Positions 1-13,639 of a stretch of DNA of 64,000 nucleotides are shown here, piece by piece (positions within the stretch are counted from its first letter, which is position 1; each line of letters opens with the position of its first letter). The position numbers and the translations under genes were made by a program. The stretch comes from Auanema rhodensis (taxonomy: Eukaryota; Animalia; Nematoda): contig OZ059894.1 of NCBI GenBank assembly GCA_964057225.1, positions 24,180,001 to 24,244,000 of the forward strand, read 5' to 3'. The notes under the pieces are model-generated. The model saw nothing but the letters and a program-made list of their open reading frames with translations. It was not told the DNA's origin and ran no database searches.

Positions 1-60
1 TTCAAAATTAGATTCCCCATGTCCATATTAGTCTAAAAACAAATTTTTATTGATATTGGT

Positions 61-75
61 TCATGGTAACCATGA
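61..75. repeat. Inverted repeat TCATGGT-A-ACCATGA, present once per monomer (7-bp arms with T61, 6-bp arms with G61)
   Basis: Read directly: ACCATGA is the reverse complement of TCATGGT. Confidence 0.95.
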
Positions 76-86
76 CTTTGAAATTT

Positions 87-123
87 ACGTGAACTTTAAT
101 TTATGCTAATTAAATGTACACGT
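87..123. repeat. Imperfect 37-nt inverted repeat ACGTGAAC-TTTAATT-[TATGCT]-AATTAAA-(T)-GTACACGT, once per monomer
   Basis: TTTAATT (95-101) pairs perfectly with AATTAAA (108-114). ACGTGAAC (87-94) pairs 7/8 with GTACACGT (116-123) across a 1-nt bulge. Confidence 0.88.
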
Positions 124-148
124 GATGTGCCCTTGGTATGTAACTCGC

Positions 149-158
149 TTCACGTGAA
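149..158. repeat. Perfect 10-bp palindrome TTCACGTGAA with CACGTG (E-box/G-box) core, once per monomer
   Basis: Self-complementary, read directly. Protein binding is not shown by the sequence. Confidence 0.95.
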
Positions 159-3100
159 AGATAAAGAGATGCGGTTTTCAAAATTAGATTCCCCATGTCC
201 ATATTAGTCTAAAAACAAATTTTTATTGATATTGGTGCATGGTAACCATGACTTTGAAATTTACGTGAACTTTAATTTATGCTAATTAAATGTACACGTG
301 ATGTGCACTTGGTATGTAACTCGCTTCACGTGAAAGATAAAGAGATGCGGTATTCAAAATTAAATTTCCCATGTCCATATTAGTCTAAAAACAAATTTTT
401 ATTGATATTGGTGCATGGTAACCATGACTTTGAAATTTACGTGAACTTTAATTTATGCTAATTAAATGTACACGTGATGTGCACTTGGTATGTAACTCGC
501 TTCACGTGAAAGATAAAGAGATGCGGTTTTCAAAATTAGATTCCCCATGTCCATATTAGTCTAAAAACAAATTTTTATTGATATTGGTTCATGGTAACCA
601 TGACTTTGAAATTTACGTGAACTTTAATTTATGCTAATTAAATGTACACGTGATGTGCACTTGGTATGTAACTCGCTTCACGTGAAAGATAAAGAGATGC
701 GGTTTCCAAAATTAGATTCCCCATGTCCATATTAGTCTAAAAAAAAATTTTTATTGATATTGGTTCATGGTAACCATGACTTTGAAATTTACGTGAACTT
801 TAATTTATGCTAATTAAATGTACACGTGATGTGCACTTGGTATGTAACTCGCTTCACGTGAAAGATAAAGAGATGCGGTTTTCAAAATTAGATTCCCCAT
901 GTCCATATTAGTCTAAAAACAAATTTTTATTGATATTGGTTCATGATAACCATGACTTTGAAATTTACGTGAACTTTAATTTATGCTAATTAAATGTACA
1001 CGTGATGTGCACTTGGTATGTAACTCGCTTCACGTGAAAGATAAAGAGATGCGGTTTTCAAAATTAGATTCCCCATGTCCATATTAGTCTAAAAACAAAT
1101 TTTTATTGATATTGGTGCATGGTAACCATGACTTTGAAATTTACGTGAACTTTAATTTATGCTAATTAAATGTACACGTGATGTGCACTTGGTATGTAAC
1201 TCGCTTCACGTGAAAGATAAAGAGATGCCGTTTTCAAAATTAGATTCCTCATGTCCATATTAGTCTAAAAACAAATTTTTATTGATATTGGTGCATGGTA
1301 ACCATGACTTTGAAATTTACGTGAACTTTAATTTATGCTAATTAAATGTACACGTGATGTGCACTTGGTATGTAACTCGCTTCACGTGAAAGATAAAGAG
1401 ATGCGGTTTTCAAAATTAAATTTCCCATGTCCATATTAGTCTAAAAACAAATTTTTATTGATATTGGTGCATGGTAACCATGACTTTGAAATTTACGTGA
1501 ACTTTAATTTATGCTAATTAAATGTACACGTGATGTGCACTTGGTATGTAACTCGCTTCACTTGAAAGATAAAGAGATGCGGTTTTCAAAATTAGATTCC
1601 CCATGTCCATATTAGTCTAAAAACAAATTTTTATTGATATTGGTTCATGGTAACCATGACTTTGAAATTTACGTGAACTTTAATTTATGCTAATTAAATG
1701 TACACGTGATGTGCACTTGGTATGTAACTCGCTTCACGTGAAAGATAAAGAGATGCGGTTTCCAAAATTAGATTCCCCATGTCCATATTAGTCTAAAAAA
1801 AAATTTTTATTGATATTGGTTCATGGTAACCATGACTTTGAAATTTACGTGAACTTTAATTTATGCTAATTAAATGTACACGTGATGTGCACTTGGTATG
1901 TAACTCGCTTCACGTGAAAGATAAAGAGATGCCGTTTTCAAAATTAGATTCCTCATGTCCATATTAGTCTAAAAACAAATTTTTATTGATATTGGTGCAT
2001 GGTAACCATGACTTTGAAATTTACGTGAACTTTAATTTATGCTAATTAAATGTACACGTGATGTGCACTTGGTATGTAACTCGCTTCACGTGAAAGATAA
2101 AGAGATGCCGTTTTCAAAATTAGATTCCTCATGTCCATATTAGTCTAAAAACAAATTTTTATTGATATTGGTGCATGGTAACCATGACTTTGAAATTTAC
2201 GTGAACTTTAATTTATGCTAATTAAATGTACACGTGATGTGCACTTGGTATGTAACTCGCTTCACGTGAAAGATAAAGAGATGCGGTTTTTAAAATTAGA
2301 TTCCCCATGTCCATATTAGTCTAAAAACAAATTTTTATTGATATTGGTTCATGGTAACCATGACTTTGAAATTTACGTGAACTTTAATTTATGCTAATTA
2401 AATGTACACGTGATGTGCACTTGGTATGTAACTCGCTTCACGTGAAAGATAAAGAGATGCCGTTTTCAAAATTAGATTCCTCATGTCCATATTAGTCTAA
2501 AAACAAATTTTTATTGATATTGGTGCATGGTAACCATGACTTTGAAATTTACGTGAACTTTAATTTATGCTAATTAAATGTACACGTGATGTGCACTTGG
2601 TATGTAACTCGCTTCACGTGAAAGATAAAGAGATGCGGTTTTCAAAATTAGATTCCCCATGTCCATATTAGTCTAAAAACAAATTTTTATTGATATTGGT
2701 TCATGGTAACCATGACTTTGAAATTTACGTGAACTTTAATTTATGCTAATTAAATGTACACGTGATGTGCCCTTGGTATGTAACTCGCTTCACGTGAAAG
2801 ATAAAGAGATGCGGTTTTCAAAATTAGATTCCCCATGTCCATATTAGTCTAAAAACGAATTTTTATTGATATTGGTGCATGGTAACCATGACTTTGAAAT
2901 TTACGTGAACTTTAATTTATGCTAATTAAATGTACACGTGATGTGCACTTGGTATGTAACTCGCTTCACGTGAAAGATAAAGAGATGCCGTTTTCAAAAT
3001 TAGATTCCTCATGTCCATATTAGTCTAAAAACAAATTTTTATTGATATTGGTGCATGGTAACCATGACTTTGAAATTTACGTGAACTTTAATTTATGCTA

Positions 3101-3872
3101 ATTAAATGTACACGTGATGTGCACTTGGTATGTAACTCGCTTCACGTGAAAGATAAAGAGATGCGGTTTTCAAAATTAGATTCCCCATGTCCATATTAGT
3201 CTAAAAACAAATTTTTATTGATATTGGTTCATGGTAACCATGACTTTGAAATTTACGTGAACTTTAATTTATGCTAATTAAATGTACACGTGATGTGCCC
3301 TTGGTATGTAACTCGCTTCACGTGAAAGATAAAGAGATGCGGTTTTCAAAATTAGATTCCCCATGTCCATATTAGTCTAAAAACGAATTTTTATTGATAT
3401 TGGTGCATGGTAACCATGACTTTGAAATTTACGTGAACTTTAGTTTATGCTAATTAAATGTACACGTGATGTGCACTTGGTATGTAACTCGCTTCACGTG
3501 AAAGATAAAGAGATGCGGTTTTCAAAATTAGATTCCCCATGTCCATATTAGTCTAAAAACAAATATTTATTGATATTGGTTCATGGTAACCATGACTTTG
3601 AAATTTACGTGAACTTCAATTTATGCTAATTAAATGTACACGTGATGTGCACTTGGTATGTAACTCGCTTCACGTGAAAGATGAAGAGATGCGGTTTTCA
3701 AAATTAGATTCCCTATGTCCATATTAGTCTAAAAACAAATTTTTATTGATATTGGTGCATGGTAACCATGACTTTGAAATTTACGTGAACTTTAATTTAT
3801 GCTAATTAAATGTACACGTGATGTGCACTTGGTATGTAACTCGCTTCACGTGAAAGATAAAGAGATGCGGTT

Positions 3873-6336
3873 TTCAAAATTAGATTCCCCATGTCCATAT
3901 TAGTCTAAAAACAAATTTTTATTGATATTGGTTCATGGTAACCATGACTTTGAAATTTACGTGAACTTTAATTTATGCTAATTAAATGTACACGTGATGT
4001 GCACTTGGTATGTAACTCGCTTCACGTGAAAGATAAAGAGATGCGGTTTCCAAAATTAGATTCCCCATGTCCATATTAGTCTAAAAACAAATTTTTATTG
4101 ATATTGGTGCATGGTAACCATGACTTTGAAATTTACGTGAATTTTAATTTATGCTAATTAAATGTACACGTGATGTGCACTTGGTATGTAACTAGCTTCA
4201 CGTGAAAGATAAAGAGATGCGGTTTTCAAAATTAGATTCCCCATGTCCATATTAGTCTAAAAACAAATTTTTATTGATATTGGTGCATGGTAACCATGAC
4301 TTTGAAATTTACGTGAACTTCAATTTATGCTAATTAAATGTACACGTGATGTGCACTTGGTATGTAACTCGCTTCACGTGAAAGATAAAGAGATGCGGTT
4401 TTCAAAATTAGATTCCCCATGTCCATATTAGTCTAAAAACAAATTTTTATTGATATTGGTGCATGGTAACCATGACTTTGAAATTTACGTGAACTTTAAT
4501 TTATGCTAATTAAATGTACACGTGATGTGCACTTGGTATGTAACTCGCTTCACGTGAAAGATAAAGAGATGCGGTTTTCAAAATTAAATTTCCCATGTCC
4601 ATATTAGTCTAAAAACAAATTTTTATTGATATTGGTGCATGGTAACCATGACTTTGAAATTTACGTGAACTTTAATTTATGCTAATTAAATGTACACGTG
4701 ATGTGCACTTGGTATGTAACTCGCTTCACGTGAAAGATAAAGAGATGCGGTTTTCAAAATTAAATTTCCCATGTCCATATTAGTCTAAAAACAAATTTTT
4801 ATTGATATTGGTGCATGGTAACCATGACTTTGAAATTTACGTGAACTTTAATTTATGCTAATTAAATGTACACGTGATGTGCACTTGGTATGTAACTCGC
4901 TTCACGTGAAAGATAAAGAGATGCCGTTTTCAAAATTAGATTCCTCATGTCCATATTAGTCTAAAAACAAATTTTTATTGATATTGGTGCATGGTAACCA
5001 TGACTTTGAAATTTACGTGAACTTTAATTTATGCTAATTAAATGTACACGTGATGTGCACTTGGTATGTAACTCGCTTCACGTGAAAGATAAAGAGATGC
5101 GGTTTTCAAAATTAGATTCCCCATGTCCATATTAGTCTAAAAACAAATTTTTATTGATATTGGTTCATGGTAACCATGACTTTGAAATTTACGTGAACTT
5201 TAATTTATGCTAATTAAATGTACACGTGATGTGCACTTGGTATGTAACTCGCTTCACGTGAAAGATAAAGAGATGCGGTTTCCAAAATTAGATTCCCCAT
5301 GTCCATATTAGTCTAAAAACAAATTTTTATTGATATTGGTGCATGGTAACCATGACTTTGAAATTTACGTGAATTTTAATTTATGCTAATTAAATGTACA
5401 CGTGATGTGCACTTGGTATGTAACTAGCTTCACGTGAAAGATAAAGAGATGCGGTTTTCAAAATTAGATTCCCCATGTCCATATTAGTCTAAAAACAAAT
5501 TTTTATTGATATTGGTGCATGGTAACCATGACTTTGAAATTTACGTGAACTTCAATTTATGCTAATTAAATGTACACGTGATGTGCACTTGGTATGTAAC
5601 TCGCTTCACGTGAAAGATAAAGAGATGCGGTTTTCAAAATTAGATTCCCCATGTCCATATTAGTCTAAAAACAAATTTTTATTGATATTGGTGCATGGTA
5701 ACCATGACTTTGAAATTTACGTGAACTTTAATTTATGCTAATTAAATGTACACGTGATGTGCACTTGGTATGTAACTCGCTTCACGTGAAAGATAAAGAG
5801 ATGCGGTTTTCAAAATTAAATTTCCCATGTCCATATTAGTCTAAAAACAAATTTTTATTGATATTGGTGCATGGTAACCATGACTTTGAAATTTACGTGA
5901 ACTTTAATTTATGCTAATTAAATGTACACGTGATGTGCACTTGGTATGTAACTCGCTTCACGTGAAAGATAAAGAGATGCGGTTTTCAAAATTAAATTTC
6001 CCATGTCCATATTAGTCTAAAAACAAATTTTTATTGATATTGGTGCATGGTAACCATGACTTTGAAATTTACGTGAACTTTAATTTATGCTAATTAAATG
6101 TACACGTGATGTGCACTTGGTATGTAACTCGCTTCACGTGAAAGATAAAGAGATGCGGTTTTCAAAATTAGATTCCCCATGTCCATATTAGTCTAAAAAC
6201 AAATTTTTATTGATATTGGTTCATGGTAACCATGACTTTGAAATTTACGTGAACTTTAATTTATGCTAATTAAATGTACACGTGATGTGCACTTGGTATG
6301 TAACTCGCTTCACGTGAAAGATAAAGAGATGCGGTT
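3873..6336. repeat. Local higher-order duplication, 7-monomer (1232-bp) period
   Basis: C146A at 4194 and 5426, with T2C, C94T and T97C repeating at the same 1232-bp offset. Edges approximate. Confidence 0.85.
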
Positions 6337-8800
6337 TTCAAAATTAGATTCCCCATGTCCATATTAGTCTAAAAACAAATTTTTATTGATATTGGTTCAT
6401 GGTAACCATGACTTTGAAATTTACGTGAACTTTAATTTATGCTAATTAAATGTACACGTGATGTGCACTTGGTATGTAACTCGCTTCACGTGAAAGATAA
6501 AGAGATGCGGTTTTCAAAATTAGATTCCCCATGTCCATATTAGTCTAAAAACAAATTTTTATTGATATTGGTTCATGGTAACCATGACTTTGAAATTTAC
6601 GTGAACTTTAATTTATGCTAATTAAATGTACACGTGATGTGCACTTGGTATGTAACTCGCTTCACGTGAAAGATAAAGAGATGCGGTTTTCAAAATTAAA
6701 TTTCCCATGTCCATATTAGTCTAAAAACAAATTTTTATTGATATTGGTGCATGGTAACCATGACTTTGAAATTTACGTGAACTTTAATTTATGCTAATTA
6801 AATGTACACGTGATGTGCACTTGGTATGTAACTCGCTTCACGTGAAAGATAAAGAGATGCGGTTTTCAAAATTAGATTCCCCATGTCCATATTAGTCTAA
6901 AAACAAATTTTTATTGATATTGGTTCATGGTAACCATGACTTTGAAATTTACGTGAACTTTAATTTATGCTAATTAAATGTACACGTGATGTGCACTTGG
7001 TATGTAACTCGCTTCACGTGAAAGATAAAGAGATGCGGTTTTCAAAATTAAATTTCCCATGTCCATATTAGTCTAAAAACAAATTTTTATTGATATTGGT
7101 GCATGGTAACCATGACTTTGAAATTTACGTGAACTTTAATTTATGCTAATTAAATGTACACGTGATGTGCACTTGGTATGTAACTCGCTTCACGTGAAAG
7201 ATAAAGAGATGCGGTTTTCAAAATTAGATTCCCCATGTCCATATTAGTCTAAAAACAAATTTTTATTGATATTGGTTCATGGTAACCATGACTTTGAAAT
7301 TTACGTGAACTTTAATTTATGCTAATTAAATGTACACGTGATGTGCACTTGGTATGTAACTCGCTTCACGTGAAAGATAAAGAGATGCGGTTTTCAAAAT
7401 TAAATTTCCCATGTCCATATTAGTCTAAAAACAAATTTTTATTGATATTGGTTCATGGTAACCATGACTTTGAAATTTACGTGAACTTTAATTTATGCTA
7501 ATTAAATGTACACGTGATGTGCACTTGGTATGTAACTCGCTTCACGTGAAAGATAAAGAGATGCGGTTTTCAAACTTAGATTCCCCATGTCCATATTAGT
7601 CTAAAAACAAATTTTTATTGATATTGGTTCATGGTAACCATGACTTTGAAATTTACGTGAACTTTAATTTATGCTAATTAAATGTACACGTGATGTGCAC
7701 TTGGTATGTAACTCGCTTCACGTGAAAGATAAAGAGATGCGGTTTTCAAAATTAAATTTCCCATGTCCATATTAGTCTAAAAACAAATTTTTATTGATAT
7801 TGGTGCATGGTAACCATGACTTTGAAATTTACGTGAACTTTAATTTATGCTAATTAAATGTACACGTGATGTGCACTTGGTATGTAACTCGCTTCACGTG
7901 AAAGATAAAGAGATGCGGTTTTCAAAATTAGATTCCCCATGTCCATATTAGTCTAAAAACAAATTTTTATTGATATTGGTTCATGGTAACCATGACTTTG
8001 AAATTTACGTGAACTTTAATTTATGCTAATTAAATGTACACGTGATGTGCACTTGGTATGTAACTCGCTTCACGTGAAAGATAAAGAGATGCGGTTTTCA
8101 AAATTAGATTCCCCATGTCCATATTAGTCTAAAAACAAATTTTTATTGATATTGGTGCATGGTAACCATGACTTTGAAATTTACGTGAACTTTAATTTAT
8201 GCTAATTAAATGTACACGTGATGTGCACTTGGTATGTAACTCGCTTCACGTGAAAGATAAAGAAATGCGGTTTTCAAAATTAGATTCCCCATGTCCATAT
8301 TAGTCTAAAAACAAATTTTTATTGATATTGGTTCATGGTAACCATGACTTTGAAATTTACGTGAACTTCAATTTATGCTAATTAAATGTACACGTGATGT
8401 GCACTTGGTATGTAACTCGCTTCACGTGAAAGATGAAGAGATGCGGTTTTCAAAATTAGATTCCCTATGTCCATATTAGTCTAAAAACAAATTTTTATTG
8501 ATATTGGTTCATGGTAACCATGACTTTGAAATTTACGTGAACTTTAATTTATGCTAATTAAATGTACACGTGATGTGCACTTGGTATGTAACTCGCTTCA
8601 CGTGAAAGATAAAGAGATGCGGTTTTCAAAATTAGATTCCCCATGTCCATATTAGTCTAAAAACAAATTTTTATTGATATTGGTGCATGGTAACCATGAC
8701 TTTGAAATTTACGTGAACTTTAATTTATGCTAATTAAATGTACACGTGATGTGCACTTGGTATGTAACTCGCTTCACGTGAAAGATAAAGAGATGCGGTT

Positions 8801-11800
8801 TTCAAAATTAGATTCCCCATGTCCATATTAGTCTAAAAACAAATTTTTATTGATATTGGTTCATGGTAACCATGACTTTGAAATTTACGTGAACTTCAAT
8901 TTATGCTAATTAAATGTACACGTGATGTGCACTTGGTATGTAACTCGCTTCACGTGAAAGATGAAGAGATGCGGTTTTCAAAATTAGATTCCCTATGTCC
9001 ATATTAGTCTAAAAACAAATTTTTATTGATATTGGTTCATGGTAACCATGACTTTGAAATTTACGTGAACTTTAATTTATGCTAATTAAATGTACACGTG
9101 ATGTGCACTTGGTATGTAACTCGCTTCACGTGAAAGATAAAGAGATGCGGTTTTCAAAATTAGATTCCCCATGTCCATATTAGTCTAAAAACAAATTTCT
9201 ATTGATATTGGTGCATGGTAACCATGACTTTGAAATTTACGTGAACTTTAATTTATGCTAATTAAATGTACACGTGATGTGCACTTGGTATGTAACTCGC
9301 TTCACGTGAAAGATAAAAAGATGCGGTTTTCAAAATTAAATTTCCCATGTCCATATTAGTCTAAAAAAAAATTTTTATTGATATTGGTGCATGGTAACCA
9401 TGACTTTGAAATTTACGTGAACTTTAATTTATGCTAATTAAATGTACACGTGATGTGCACTTGGTATGTAATTCGCTTCACGTGAAAGATAAAGAGATGC
9501 GGTTTTCAAAATTAGATTCCCCATGTCCATATTAGTCTAAAAACAAATTTTTATTGATATTGGTTCATGGTAACCATGACTTTGAAATTTACGTGAACTT
9601 TAATTTATGCTAATTAAATGTACACGTGATGTGCACTTGGTATGTAACTCGCTTCACGTGAAAGATAAAGAGATGCCGTTTTCAAAATTAGATTCCCCAT
9701 GTCCATATTAGTCTAAAAACAAATTTTTATTGATATTGGTGCATGGTAACCATGACTTTGAAATTTACGTGAACTTTAATTTATGCTAATTAAATGTACA
9801 CGTGATGTGCACTTGGTATGTAACTCGCTTCACGTGAAAGATGAAGAGATGCGGTTTTCAAAATTAAATTTCCCATGTCCATATTAGTCTAAAAACAAAT
9901 TTTTATTGATATTGGTGCATGGTAACCATGACTTTGAAATTTACGTGAACTTTAATTTATGCTAATTAAATGTACACGTGATGTGCACTTGGTATGTAAC
10001 TCGCTTCACGTGAAAGATAAAGAGATGCGGTTTTCAAAATTAGATTCCCCATGTCCATATTAGTCTAAAAACAAATTTTTATTGATATTGGTTCATGGTA
10101 ACCATGACTTTGAAATTTACGTGAACTTTAATTTATGCTAATTAAATGTACACGTGATGTGCACTTGGTATGTAACTCGCTTCACGTGAAAGATAAAGAG
10201 ATGCGGTTTCCAAAATTAGATTCCCCATGTCCATATTAGTCTAAAAAAAAATTTTTATTGATATTGGTTCATGGTAACCATGACTTTGAAATTTACGTGA
10301 ACTTTAATTTATGCTAATTAAATGTACACGTGATGTGCACTTGGTATGTAACTCGCTTCACGTGAAAGATAAAGAGATGCCGTTTTCAAAATTAGATTCC
10401 TCATGTCCATATTAGTCTAAAAACAAATTTTTATTGATATTGGTGCATGGTAACCATGACTTTGAAATTTACGTGAACTTTAATTTATGCTAATTAAATG
10501 TACACGTGATGTGCACTTGGTATGTAACTCGCTTCACGTGAAAGATAAAGAGATGCCGTTTTCAAAATTAGATTCCTCATGTCCATATTAGTCTAAAAAC
10601 AAATTTTTATTGATATTGGTGCATGGTAACCATGACTTTGAAATTTACGTGAACTTTAATTTATGCTAATTAAATGTACACGTGATGTGCACTTGGTATG
10701 TAATTCGCTTCACGTGAAAGATAAAGAGATGCGGTTTTCAAAATTAGATTCCCCATGTCCATATTAGTCTAAAAACAAATTTTTATTGATATTGGTTCAT
10801 GGTAACCATGACTTTGAAATTTACGTGAACTTTAATTTATGCTAATTAAATGTACACGTGATGTGCACTTGGTATGTAACTCGCTTCACGTGAAAGATAA
10901 AGAGATGCGGTTTTCAAAATTAGATTCCCCATGTCCATATTAGTCTAAAAACAAATTTTTATTGATATTGGTGCATGGTAACCATGACTTTGAAATTTAC
11001 GTGAACTTTAATTTATGCTAATTAAATGTACACGTGATGTGCACTTGGTATGTAACTCGCTTCACGTGAAAGATGAAGAGATGCGGTTTTCAAAATTAAA
11101 TTTCCCATGTCCATATTAGTCTAAAAACAAATTTTTATTGATATTGGTGCATGGTAACCATGACTTTGAAATTTACGTGAACTTTAATTTATGCTAATTA
11201 AATGTACACGTGATGTGCACTTGGTATGTAACTCGCTTCACGTGAAAGATAAAGAGATGCGGTTTTCAAAATTAGATTCCCCATGTCCATATTAGTCTAA
11301 AAACAAATTTTTATTGATATTGGTTCATAGTAACCATGACTTTGAAATTTACGTGAACATTAATTTATGCTAATTAAATGTACACGTGATGTGCACTTGG
11401 TATGTAACTCGCTTCACGTGAAAGATAAAGAGATGCGGTTTCCAAAATTAGATTCCCCATGTCCATATTAGTCTAAAAAAAAATTTTTATTGATATTGGT
11501 TCATGGTAACCATGACTTTGAAATTTACGTGAACTTCAATTTATGCTAATTAAATGTACACGTGATGTGCACTTGGTATGTAACTCGCTTCACGTGAAAG
11601 ATGAAGAGATGCGGTTTTCAAAATTAGATTCCCTATGTCCATATTAGTCTAAAAACAAATTTTTATTGATATTGGTTCATGGTAACCATGACTTTGAAAT
11701 TTACGTGAACTTTAATTTATGCTAATTAAATGTACACGTGATGTGCACTTGGTATGTAACTCGCTTCACGTGAAAGATAAAGAGATGCGGTTTTCAAAAT

Positions 11801-13370
11801 TAGATTCCCCATGTCCATATTAGTCTAAAAACAAATTTCTATTGATATTGGTGCATGGTAACCATGACTTTGAAATTTACGTGAACTTTAATTTATGCTA
11901 ATTAAATGTACACGTGATGTGCACTTGGTATGTAACTCGCTTCACGTGAAAGATAAAAAGATGCGGTTTTCAAAATTAAATTTCCCATGTCCATATTAGT
12001 CTAAAAAAAAATTTTTATTGATATTGGTGCATGGTAACCATGACTTTGAAATTTACGTGAACTTTAATTTATGCTAATTAAATGTACACGTGATGTGCAC
12101 TTGGTATGTAATTCGCTTCACGTGAAAGATAAAGAGATGCGGTTTTCAAAATTAGATTCCCCATGTCCATATTAGTCTAAAAACAAATTTTTATTGATAT
12201 TGGTTCATGGTAACCATGACTTTGAAATTTACGTGAACTTTAATTTATGCTAATTAAATGTACACGTGATGTGCACTTGGTATGTAACTCGCTTCACGTG
12301 AAAGATAAAGAGATGCGGTTTTCAAAATTAGATTCCCCATGTCCATATTAGTCTAAAAACAAATTTTTATTGATATTGGTGCATGGTAACCATGACTTTG
12401 AAATTTACGTGAACTTTAATTTATGCTAATTAAATGTACACGTGATGTGCACTTGGTATGTAACTCGCTTCACGTGAAAGATGAAGAGATGCGGTTTTCA
12501 AAATTAAATTTCCCATGTCCATATTAGTCTAAAAACAAATTTTTATTGATATTGGTGCATGGTAACCATGACTTTGAAATTTACGTGAACTTTAATTTAT
12601 GCTAATTAAATGTACACGTGATGTGCACTTGGTATGTAACTCGCTTCACGTGAAAGATAAAGAGATGCGGTTTTCAAAATTAGATTCCCCATGTCCATAT
12701 TAGTCTAAAAACAAATTTTTATTGATATTGGTTCATGGTAACCATGACTTTGAAATTTACGTGAACTTTAATTTATGCTAATTAAATGTACACGTGATGT
12801 GCACTTGGTATGTAACTCGCTTCACGTGAAAGATAAAGAGATGCGGTTTCCAAAATTAGATTCCCCATGTCCATATTAGTCTAAAAAAAAATTTTTATTG
12901 ATATTGGTTCATGGTAACCATGACTTTGAAATTTACGTGAACTTTAATTTATGCTAATTAAATGTACACGTGATGTGCACTTGGTATGTAACTCGCTTCA
13001 CGTGAAAGATAAAGAGATGCCGTTTTCAAAATTAGATTCCTCATGTCCATATTAGTCTAAAAACAAATTTTTATTGATATTGGTGCATGGTAACCATGAC
13101 TTTGAAATTTACGTGAACTTTAATTTATGCTAATTAAATGTACACGTGATGTGCACTTGGTATGTAACTCGCTTCACGTGAAAGATAAAGAGATGCCGTT
13201 TTCAAAATTAGATTCCTCATGTCCATATTAGTCTAAAAACAAATTTTTATTGATATTGGTGCATGGTAACCATGACTTTGAAATTTACGTGAACTTTAAT
13301 TTATGCTAATTAAATGTACACGTGATGTGCACTTGGTATGTAACTCGCTTCACGTGAAAGATAAAGAGAT
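8801..13370. repeat. Local higher-order duplication, 15-monomer (2640-bp) offset
   Basis: T47C at 9199 and 11839. G166A, C40A, C144T, A163G, T2C and G173C/C17T recur in the same order 2640 bp apart. Confidence 0.85.
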
Positions 13371-13639
13371 GAGGTTTTCAAAATTAGATTCCCCATGTCC
13401 ATATTAGTCTAAAAACAAATTTTTATTGATATTGGTTCATGGTAACCATGACTTTGAAATTTACGTGAACTTTAATTTATGCTAATTAAATGTACACGTG
13501 ATGTGCACTTGGTATGTAACTCGCTTCACGTGAAAGATAAAAAGATGCGGTTTTCAAAATTAAATTTCCCATGTCCATATTAGTCTAAAAAAAAATTTTT
13601 ATTGATATTGGTGCATGGTAACCATGACTTTGAAATTTA

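Larger units (their letters stand above)
1..176. repeat. Representative 176-bp monomer (arbitrary phase; this copy carries A131C)
   Basis: The sequence restarts at 177 with TTCAAAATTAG. The consensus contains BstEII (GGTAACC, 65-71), BsrGI (TGTACA, 115-120), two PmlI (CACGTG, 119-124 and 151-156) and ApaLI (GTGCAC, 127-132; lost in this copy) sites. Confidence 0.98.

Noticed and set aside
141-176. CENP-B box
   Set aside because: The CpG-containing stretch CTCGCTTCACGTGAAAGATAAAGAGATGCGG does not match the TTCGnnnnAnnCGGG core on either strand; the consensus has no CGGG or CCCG.
1-176. Identity with Brassica CentBr, Arabidopsis CEN178 or primate alpha satellite
   Set aside because: Only the length is similar. 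I recognise no sequence similarity, and the consensus lacks the HindIII site typical of CEN178 and CentBr. A database search is needed for any assignment.
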